Virus record (IMG/VR): IMGVR_UViG_3300044512_002141
Location: 1 to 32,816 of that record
Source: a virus
Taxonomy: Duplodnaviria; Caudoviricetes
DNA length: 32,816 nt
Reading direction: 5' to 3' (one strand)
In this document: one piece after another, positions 26,347 to 32,816 of the stretch
How the letters are laid out: each line of letters begins with the position of its first letter
Numbering within the stretch: the first letter of the stretch is position 1
Notes under the pieces: generated by a model
Told to the model about the DNA's origin: nothing
What the model saw: the letters and a program-made list of their open reading frames with translations, nothing else
Database searches by the model: none
Made by a program: the position numbers and the translations under genes

Positions 26347-26354
26347 TTTTTTTT
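26319..26354 (+). terminator. Terminal hairpin plus T8 ending the tmRNA coding piece
   Basis: GCCAC...GTGGC stem followed by A and TTTTTTTT. Confidence 0.7.
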
Positions 26355-26376
26355 GCTATGAAGCAAGGAGGAGTTT

Positions 26377-26865
26377 ATGTTTAAGCTATTACTTGTTGTA
26401 ATGTGTATGGTATGGTCAGAAGCTGTCGCTTCCGACGAGTGGATACAAGACGAAATTGATTGTCTTGCGAAGAATATCTACTTTGAGGCGAGAGGAGAAT
26501 CTCTGACTGGTAAAATTGCAGTCGCTAATGTCACGATGAATCGTGTAAAACACCATAAGTATCCTAGTACAGTTTGTGCTGTAGTGACTCAAGCTAAATG
26601 GTATGTCAACTGGAAAGGCAATCGTTTACCTAAACGAAATCAGTGTCAGTTCAGTTGGTTCTGTGATGGCAAGGCAGATGAACCTGTCGATATGAGAGCA
26701 TATAAAGATAGTGTACGTGTAGCAGAAGTAGTGTATCACGGCTATCGCGATCTTACAGATGGGTCGTTGTTTTACCATAGTACGAAAGTTGAACCATATT
26801 GGGTTGCGTCAATGGTTAGAACTAAGAGTATAGGTGCTCACGTATTTTATAGGTATAATAGATGA
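26377..26865 (+). CDS. SleB/CwlJ-family cell wall hydrolase with signal peptide
   Basis: CLAKNIYFEARGES..GKIAVANVTMNRV, CQFSWFCDGK, IGAHVFY. AGGAGG RBS. Confidence 0.92.
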   Translation: MFKLLLVVMCMVWSEAVASDEWIQDEIDCLAKNIYFEARGESLTGKIAVANVTMNRVKHHKYPSTVCAVVTQAKWYVNWKGNRLPKRNQCQFSWFCDGKADEPVDMRAYKDSVRVAEVVYHGYRDLTDGSLFYHSTKVEPYWVASMVRTKSIGAHVFYRYNR

Positions 26866-28526
26866 AATTTTATAGTTGTTTCCCAACGCGAACATTAATG
26901 TTGGTAACAATAATTGGTTTGATATTTTTACTCACTGCGTGTGGTGGTGGCAGTAACGATACAGCAGCACCAATTGGTCCAACTAACCCTGCACAAGGTA
27001 CAGTGTTGGACACATCGTGCAATGGCACAACCCTCATCGAAACCATTGCAGATGGTAACGGTGGTTCGACTCAACAAGAAACTCCAAACTCAGAACAATG
27101 TGGATATGTAGTATCTCCTCAGTATGGTACACCACTCGGCGATCCATATTGTGCTAATTCAACACAACAACTCTTTTCAGAACTACTCAACATCGTACAA
27201 AATCTTAGTGAATTTGATAAAGTCCAAGATTTTGCTGACGGTGAAGGTGGTGAATATACAGAAATTGTAGAAATAGATTCAGAAACCTGTGGTTATGTAG
27301 CGCCGCCTGAACGAGGTACACTACTCGGCGAATCATATTGCGCAGTTGAATTAGAAGAAGATCCATACTTAGAAATAGTATCAGAAGAAATTAACCATCT
27401 ACTACGAGAAGATCGTTTACAAGATTATCATGATGGTAATGGTGGTTATTATACTGATAGACTAGTGCACCTCGATCAAACATGTTTTGTACAGATGTCA
27501 CCACCAGAAGATTGTCCTACTACATTTACAGATACGGGAGATTCTCGTTATAATTATCTAACATGTGACGGTGTAAAACAAAGAACAGATGTCTGGTTTC
27601 CATATGATCCAGATCAATACGAAACTGCTGTGATCGACATGCTGATTGTCTTTGATACTGCCATCACAGAAGAAGATAGAGACGGGATGACTATTGAGGA
27701 GTTCGTAGACAAGCAGATATTCGAATCAAATCATATGTACATCTCGTCAGGTACAAAGACACTTGTTCGAAGAGCTGGCATCAAGTTAGTAGAAGTGGCG
27801 CCAGGTGATTTGTATCGTCAGTATACCGCATTTTTTGCTGGTCGTTACGAGTTTAATGGACTTGATGATTGGCAAAGAGAAGCAGAGGCAGACTTTGTAT
27901 TCCTCTTTAAAAAGAAACCAGAAAATCCAATTGCCTGTGGCGTTGCAAACTTAGATGCATCCCGAGGTATGGACAAGACGCGTGGCATCACACAGTGTTT
28001 TCATAACAGTGTGTTCCAAGATACATCAACAACAAGATATTATCAACGAGCGCAAGAAACATTTGCTCATGAGATAGGTCATTTGTTAGGTGCACAACAT
28101 GCTGAGGAAGATGCTGATGTTCCAGGTATTTTTGAATATTCGTTTGGATACAATCTACCAGGATATAATCCTCAAGATAATCCAGAATATGAAGGTGCTT
28201 GGAGTGGTTACGGTACGATTATGTCGTATGCTGATTTACCAGTTGGTAGATTTTCAGATTTTGATGTAACTTGTCTTTATCCCGAGGAAGCAGGTGAATA
28301 TGCTGGCCAATCTGTCAAACTAGGAACAGAAGGCGGATGTTTTTGTTTGGATCCCCCAGAAAATCATCCATCACCAACTAATAATGCAGAGACTATCGAG
28401 AGGACAAGATATATAATGAGTCAGCTGCATGAATTAGAACATGGTGTACAATTTTCACCAACAACTATGTACTTTGATGGATTAATATTGGATAATGAAG
28501 ACGATGCACAAATTTGTCTATTTTAA
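26862..28526 (+). CDS. Lipoprotein with Cys-containing repeats and C-terminal metzincin (reprolysin-like) metalloprotease
   Basis: Lipobox LLTAC-GGGS, HEIGHLLGAQH (HExxHxxGxxH), Met-turn TIMSY. The true start may be ATG 26898. Confidence 0.82.
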   Translation: MKFYSCFPTRTLMLVTIIGLIFLLTACGGGSNDTAAPIGPTNPAQGTVLDTSCNGTTLIETIADGNGGSTQQETPNSEQCGYVVSPQYGTPLGDPYCANSTQQLFSELLNIVQNLSEFDKVQDFADGEGGEYTEIVEIDSETCGYVAPPERGTLLGESYCAVELEEDPYLEIVSEEINHLLREDRLQDYHDGNGGYYTDRLVHLDQTCFVQMSPPEDCPTTFTDTGDSRYNYLTCDGVKQRTDVWFPYDPDQYETAVIDMLIVFDTAITEEDRDGMTIEEFVDKQIFESNHMYISSGTKTLVRRAGIKLVEVAPGDLYRQYTAFFAGRYEFNGLDDWQREAEADFVFLFKKKPENPIACGVANLDASRGMDKTRGITQCFHNSVFQDTSTTRYYQRAQETFAHEIGHLLGAQHAEEDADVPGIFEYSFGYNLPGYNPQDNPEYEGAWSGYGTIMSYADLPVGRFSDFDVTCLYPEEAGEYAGQSVKLGTEGGCFCLDPPENHPSPTNNAETIERTRYIMSQLHELEHGVQFSPTTMYFDGLILDNEDDAQICLF

Positions 28527-28529
28527 GGA

Positions 28530-28820
28530 GTGAAGATGAAAGAGAAATTACTAAGAGCAGTACGCGCAAAGCATGCTGCAGTTATGGAAGAAGCGCTTGT
28601 CAATATCGAAGTCTACGAAAAGGCCGTAGGTATTGGTGAACATCCCGATATTGTAGAATCAGTCGAAGCACAAGTCGATAAGTACGTACACGCACTTGAG
28701 ATGGTCGAAGGAGTTGATAAGATTCTTGCTGCTGATAAAAAGTTTGTAATCGATGTGACAGTTGATGATTTTGAACCTCCTGGATATGAAAATACTGTGA
28801 CAGGAACTACGAGATATTGA
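28530..28820 (+). CDS. Hypothetical conserved phage protein
   Basis: AAGGAG RBS (ATG 28536 likely). VGIGEHPDI motif. Confidence 0.75.
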   Translation: MKMKEKLLRAVRAKHAAVMEEALVNIEVYEKAVGIGEHPDIVESVEAQVDKYVHALEMVEGVDKILAADKKFVIDVTVDDFEPPGYENTVTGTTRY

Positions 28821-28821
28821 A

Positions 28822-29160
28822 ATGTTTAAGGCGTTGGGTTTTTGGATATACGATACGTATAACTTTTTCTTCAATCTTAAGTACAATCCACTAAGACACA
28901 TTCCAAACGAGTTTACACAGTTCATTCTGATGTTTTATTTGTCAGTCATGTGGACTGTCGTGTTTACTCTGTGGACAGGATACACAATTTATTTTGGTAT
29001 CGGTAGTGTAGGTGGTCATCTACTTGTAATTGGTGCATTCTTTATTACAGCATTGACATTTAAAGATGCTGAAAAGAATGGTCATTTGTGGGTTAAAAGA
29101 CAACCACCTATAGATCCAACGAAAAACAAATGTGTTTGGGATTTAGAGAAGGAAGGATGA
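28822..29160 (+). CDS. Membrane protein
   Basis: NPLRHIP motif and two hydrophobic segments. Confidence 0.75.
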   Translation: MFKALGFWIYDTYNFFFNLKYNPLRHIPNEFTQFILMFYLSVMWTVVFTLWTGYTIYFGIGSVGGHLLVIGAFFITALTFKDAEKNGHLWVKRQPPIDPTKNKCVWDLEKEG

Positions 29161-29303
29161 GAGAAGTATTCATTTATTTTTGGGTAGTAGCACCGATTAT
29201 TCTATGGTTTGGTATGCTATATGGAGATTACCTTGATGGTGAGTACAAGCCATTTTGGCAAAAGAAAAAGGACGGAGTTAATTCAGGAGCAAAGTTCGGA
29301 TGA
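29157..29303 (+). CDS. 48-aa membrane peptide MREVFIYFWVVAPIILWFGMLYG... (not in ORF track)
   Basis: ATGA overlaps at both ends. Confidence 0.65.
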   Translation: MREVFIYFWVVAPIILWFGMLYGDYLDGEYKPFWQKKKDGVNSGAKFG

Positions 29304-29596
29304 AGTATTTTTTACTATTCATGATTTTCCCGCTCATGTTATATGCAACAACTGTAGAGAGTATTGAGACAGAAGGGAAAGCAAGATCTAAAGATCAATC
29401 ATTACAAAATGCATATATTGCTGCTCATTTTCAATGCAATCGAAAAAGACTGTGGGCAAACCTTGATACATTAGTTGTCAAAGATGTTTACACTAGCCAA
29501 TATAAAATTGCAGGAGGTCGTAAAAGTATTACCGATTACTCCACAGTTGTAGAATTTACATGCACATCCGAGTATAAGAGGACACCGTCTGAATGA
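29300..29596 (+). CDS. Putative secreted protein
   Basis: Signal-peptide-like N-terminus and two Cys. Confidence 0.65.
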   Translation: MKYFLLFMIFPLMLYATTVESIETEGKARSKDQSLQNAYIAAHFQCNRKRLWANLDTLVVKDVYTSQYKIAGGRKSITDYSTVVEFTCTSEYKRTPSE

Positions 29597-30159
29597 GAGA
29601 TTGGACGGCAAAATCTATGACGAAGTTCTTTCGGTTCTTCGCTGATACATTTTTTGCTAAACGATACGGACATAGAGCAGTTGTACTTGAGACAATTGCT
29701 GGTGTTCCTGGTATGGTGGCAGGCATGTTGATTCATCTACGTAGTCTTCGTAAGATGGAACGTGGTAATGGTCGTATGATTACCGAAATGTTAGCAGAAG
29801 CAGAGAACGAGCGTAAACATCTCATGTTCTTCATTGAGATTGCTCAACCCAATCAGTTTGAAAGATTTCTCATTGTGATGGCGCAATTTATCTTTTGGCA
29901 TTTTTATCTCGTGTTTTATATTTTTGCTGATAAGACTGCACATAAGATGATAGCGTATTTTGAAGAAGAAGCAGTACGATCATATGATGAATATATCAAA
30001 CTGATTGAAGATGGTATAATCGAGAATGTACAAGCACCTCAACTTGCTATAGAATACTATATGCTAAATAAAGATGCAACGTTACTCGATATGGTAAGAT
30101 GTGTACGAGACGATGAACGTAAACATAGTAAGGTGAATCATAGAATAGCAGGTTTTTGA
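29593..30159 (+). CDS. aox: Alternative oxidase (di-iron ubiquinol oxidase)
   Basis: RYGHRAVVLETIAGVPGMV, HLRSLR, EAENERKHL, YFEEEAVRSY, VRDDERKH. All six di-iron ligands are present. Confidence 0.93.
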   Translation: MRDWTAKSMTKFFRFFADTFFAKRYGHRAVVLETIAGVPGMVAGMLIHLRSLRKMERGNGRMITEMLAEAENERKHLMFFIEIAQPNQFERFLIVMAQFIFWHFYLVFYIFADKTAHKMIAYFEEEAVRSYDEYIKLIEDGIIENVQAPQLAIEYYMLNKDATLLDMVRCVRDDERKHSKVNHRIAGF

Positions 30160-30962
30160 TGGCAAACATTGCAAATAATTTTAATGTACATCAACCTTTT
30201 TCTCCAGCCATTGGTGAATATAGGGTTGAATTTACGGAAGAAGAAGAAAAAACTATAAAGAAGTGGACTGATCCAGACTATTATATGGAAAATAGTTTAG
30301 TGGCTGATTGTGGTGATGGATCATATATCGCGAAGCCATATTCAACTCCAGAAGAACGTAGACATCATGTGATATGGCAAGATGACTTTCTCATTTTGTA
30401 TGTAGGCATGAATTTACTTAAACAACCTGAATGGGAAAGTTTAGGACAAACAATCCGAGAGTTGGGTACTCATTACACAGAACAAATTGCTGGCATGACT
30501 GTACCTGAAGGCGCATATATCGATGCATGTGATTCATGGATAATTCGTAATCATTGTACTACAAACTATCCACAACCATATCATAGAAGACATTGTCATT
30601 CTTTTGCTTGGTTGACAGGAGTATTGTATTTAGATGATAGTCCAAATGGTACAGTATTGCATGCCAAACAACCTTTTTCTGATTCGTATGAACCATTTTG
30701 TTGGCAATTAAATAACAATCAATATAACGAAGATGAGATATTCGTTCCTGCGGAAAAAGGCAAATGTATTATTTTTCCGTCAAGAATAGACCATAGCATC
30801 ATGAACAATGCAGATCTCAGTACTCGCCATGTTGTTGCCTTCAATTTATGGCCATACGGAAATATTAGTAATAGTAATGCTGCTCGAATGTCATATGAAT
30901 ATGTTCCGACTCGTGGAATTAACTCGGTGTCACAACCATATCCAGAAAGGAATAACTCATGA
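30156..30962 (+). CDS. 2OG-Fe(II) oxygenase-like protein (HxH type)
   Basis: SW...HCH..AWLTGVLYL...GKCIIFPSRIDHS...RHVVAFN. Confidence 0.8.
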   Translation: MMANIANNFNVHQPFSPAIGEYRVEFTEEEEKTIKKWTDPDYYMENSLVADCGDGSYIAKPYSTPEERRHHVIWQDDFLILYVGMNLLKQPEWESLGQTIRELGTHYTEQIAGMTVPEGAYIDACDSWIIRNHCTTNYPQPYHRRHCHSFAWLTGVLYLDDSPNGTVLHAKQPFSDSYEPFCWQLNNNQYNEDEIFVPAEKGKCIIFPSRIDHSIMNNADLSTRHVVAFNLWPYGNISNSNAARMSYEYVPTRGINSVSQPYPERNNS

Positions 30963-31171
30963 ATTGGTTCAATAATATTATTAAAGGTCTAGAAAGATCA
31001 GTAGAAGAAAATCCTATAGATAAAGCTATAGTAGAAAAACTACCACAAGAGGGTGAAGTCAATAAAGTCTATGAGGCGAGATGGGTTTGGTATCACACCA
31101 TTCTTGCTGCTGAGATTGCATTCACTAACATCCTGCTTATAGCAATCTTGTTTGTATTGGCATTCAAATGA
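30959..31171 (+). CDS. Small membrane protein
   Basis: AAGGA RBS, C-terminal TM segment after RWVWYHTILA. Confidence 0.7.
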   Translation: MNWFNNIIKGLERSVEENPIDKAIVEKLPQEGEVNKVYEARWVWYHTILAAEIAFTNILLIAILFVLAFK

Positions 31172-31491
31172 AAAAATTTATTTTACGTATTGTTTTGTTT
31201 TTCTCAGTATATGCTATTGGTTTTATAGTAGGCACTGAACTGACAACTGACAAATGGGAAGAAAAATTAAAACTCGCGCTTGCTGAAAGATATGAGATCG
31301 AGAAAATTAAAATAGATGTAGAGAATACAGTAGCAACAAAAGAAGCGAATGAACATTTTCTACGAACACTGTGGAACACATGCATTAATGCTGGTGGTTT
31401 CGTTATTAACAATGAAGAAACAGGCGAGACAGAAATTTTTAAATGTTCAAAGGCAGGAGATGATAATGAGCTCACAGTGGCAAGGCGGTAA
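31168..31491 (+). CDS. Membrane-anchored hypothetical protein
   Basis: N-terminal TM then a coiled-coil-like segment. ATGA overlap. Confidence 0.7.
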   Translation: MKKFILRIVLFFSVYAIGFIVGTELTTDKWEEKLKLALAERYEIEKIKIDVENTVATKEANEHFLRTLWNTCINAGGFVINNEETGETEIFKCSKAGDDNELTVARR

Positions 31492-31651
31492 AGGTTCAGC
31501 TCGAAGACCATCATCTATTGATAGGGCACAGTGGGAAGAAAACTATCATAAGATCTTTGGTTATAAAGAAGAGAAAAAACGATGTCTGGACTGTGGTGAA
31601 AATTTGCCACACCATACCCCCCAATGCATCCATAAAAAACATATGAAATAA
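31466..31651 (+). CDS. Small protein with GGKGS..RP motif and C-terminal CxxC-H-C zinc finger
   Basis: AGGAG RBS. WQGGKGSARRP...EENYHKIFG...CLDCGENLPHHTPQC. Confidence 0.7.
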   Translation: MSSQWQGGKGSARRPSSIDRAQWEENYHKIFGYKEEKKRCLDCGENLPHHTPQCIHKKHMK

Positions 31652-31662
31652 TTACATTGCTA

Positions 31663-31691
31663 TGTACATATCTTGTCCCATGCTGTAGAAT
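31663..31691 (+). promoter_or_regulatory. Early sigma70-type promoter
   Basis: TGTACA-N17-TAGAAT-GGGC, the same architecture as 22762-22794. Confidence 0.7.
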
Positions 31692-31717
31692 GGGCCTTTG
31701 TTATGGAGATATGTGAT

Positions 31718-32038
31718 ATGGCGATGATGTTTACTAATACCCTCTCATACGACATGCAGGGACGCAAGCGCAAAGCTCGTAAGATCCGCGGCGAGGTCTA
31801 TAAGAAGTATAATACCCCATCATTTCAACCCCTCCAGCGATCCAGTGGTCCTGTCAGACGCGATGAAGGTATCGTATATAAGTCTGTAGACGATCATGGT
31901 CCTATCGCCCATGCGCGACCAGAAGCTCAGAAATACACAGGCACATTGGTCAAAGGCATTGCAACGATGCACAAGTCTAATGCTGTCCCTGTGATCGACC
32001 AGGAGCAAGCTACCGAGATCTCGAGTATGAGAAGGTAG
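31718..32038 (+). CDS. Conserved T4-like hypothetical protein
   Basis: GGAG RBS. C-terminal YTGTLVKGIATMHKSNAVPV motif. Confidence 0.8.
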   Translation: MAMMFTNTLSYDMQGRKRKARKIRGEVYKKYNTPSFQPLQRSSGPVRRDEGIVYKSVDDHGPIAHARPEAQKYTGTLVKGIATMHKSNAVPVIDQEQATEISSMRR

Positions 32039-32049
32039 TTTCTTATAAC

Positions 32050-32160
32050 AAAATAGTCTAAGAAAATCTCTAATCAAATCAATAAGTTGCAAGTGACCAG
32101 AAACTCTAATCAAATCAATAACTTAGAGGTGTACTTTCTCGGTCCCTGCTGTATAATGGT
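32050..32160 (+). promoter_or_regulatory. Early promoter cassette copy 2 with two IHF-consensus boxes
   Basis: AATCAAtaagTTG 32077-32089, AATCAAtaacTTA 32113-32125, GTGTAC(32129)-N17-TATAAT(32152). Confidence 0.8.
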
Positions 32161-32189
32161 ACCTGTAAATTAATGATGGAGCTATCAAT

Positions 32190-32366
32190 ATGCATGATGC
32201 TATTATTTGGATGGTGACTTACGAAGGCCAGTGGGATGGCAAAAAAGGTGAGTCGCCTTACACATACACAGCTTATTCTGCAGGCGCAGCGATGGAGTTG
32301 GTCGAAGAATTGGAACAACAATATCCAGATCGTAAGTGGAGAATTGAGGAGAAGGACGTATCATGA
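32190..32366 (+). CDS. 58-aa hypothetical early protein MHDAIIWMVTYEG... (not in ORF track)
   Basis: GGAG RBS, first ORF after the promoter, ATGA overlap with the next gene. Confidence 0.7.
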   Translation: MHDAIIWMVTYEGQWDGKKGESPYTYTAYSAGAAMELVEELEQQYPDRKWRIEEKDVS

Positions 32367-32557
32367 ATACTAGTGATCTTATCCGCCACATCTTGAATAG
32401 TGTCGAGCATATGGCTAAAGAAGCAGACGATCGTGCGATCGATAATCCTAACGCACACAATATTGGTGTGGCCGATGGTATTGATCAAGTTCGTAATGCG
32501 TTATTTGCAATTGATTATGAGTGGACAGAGATGATGTCTGCAAGGAGTGAAGTATGA
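32363..32557 (+). CDS. Hypothetical protein
   Basis: GGAG/AAGGA RBS, 64 aa. Confidence 0.7.
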   Translation: MNTSDLIRHILNSVEHMAKEADDRAIDNPNAHNIGVADGIDQVRNALFAIDYEWTEMMSARSEV

Positions 32558-32816
32558 CTTATAAGATAGTAGTACACCACGATGGTGTTGATAAAACTGG
32601 TAGACCGCTGGCTGCTGGTGATGTGAATTGTGTCGGCGGAGATGAAGTTCGAGTATTCTATAATAGAGAAGAAGCTGAATCTCTGTTTGAAAATTTATGG
32701 GATACCTTTCGCAGTGGTCATCCACGAGCGGATCGTTCTGCAATGAATTTTACAAAAGTTAGCCTTTATCGGTATGATGGTATGAACGCGGAAAAAAATC
32801 CAGAGTATACACTCAT
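32554..32816 (+). CDS. Hypothetical protein (3'-truncated by window edge)
   Basis: AAGGAG RBS and ATGA overlap. Frame MTYKIVVHHDG... stays open to the end. Confidence 0.65.
   Translation, partial: MTYKIVVHHDGVDKTGRPLAAGDVNCVGGDEVRVFYNREEAESLFENLWDTFRSGHPRADRSAMNFTKVSLYRYDGMNAEKNPEYTL

Noticed and set aside
29593-30159. Cyanophage-type PTOX
   Set aside because: Motifs are AOX-type (AGVPGMV), and no photosynthesis genes appear in the window.
105-32743. All minus-strand ORFs in the track (e.g. 7199..7759, 20109..20708, 22651..23217)
   Set aside because: They lie antisense to well-supported + strand genes or promoters and show no recognisable motifs, so they are treated as codon-bias shadows.

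Overview
This window is a 32.8-kb segment of a T4-like (myovirus-type) dsDNA phage genome, densely coded and apparently all on the + strand. The core genes run in this order: 3' end of major capsid gp23, gp3, uvsY, uvsW, gp55, gp47, gp46, then gp45, gp44, gp62, regA. Between gp46 and gp45 lies an accessory block whose centrepiece is a putative DNA hypermodification cluster. It pairs a clear T4 gp42-type dCMP hydroxymethylase with two paralogous proteins resembling aG/PT-pyrophosphorylase (amino acid:DNA transferase) enzymes, a 2OG-Fe(II) oxygenase, a fold-II PLP enzyme, an SGNH-like protein and a GT-A glycosyltransferase. This suggests thymine-type amino-acid/amine chemistry applied to hydroxymethylcytosine (inference). 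After regA there is a circularly permuted two-piece tmRNA gene (tag ANDDSYYGDYALAA), an alternative oxidase, a ParB-like/glycosyltransferase fusion, a SleB-type wall hydrolase and a repeat-containing lipoprotein metalloprotease. Non-coding signals include two promoter cassettes of identical geometry with tandem IHF-consensus boxes, a self-contained late mini-transcript encoding a 30-aa hydrophobic peptide, and a diverged 93-bp duplication of a gene 3' end that marks an insertion. All product calls come from motif recognition by eye; no database searches were run. A proteobacterial, possibly marine gammaproteobacterial, host is inferred and not shown.
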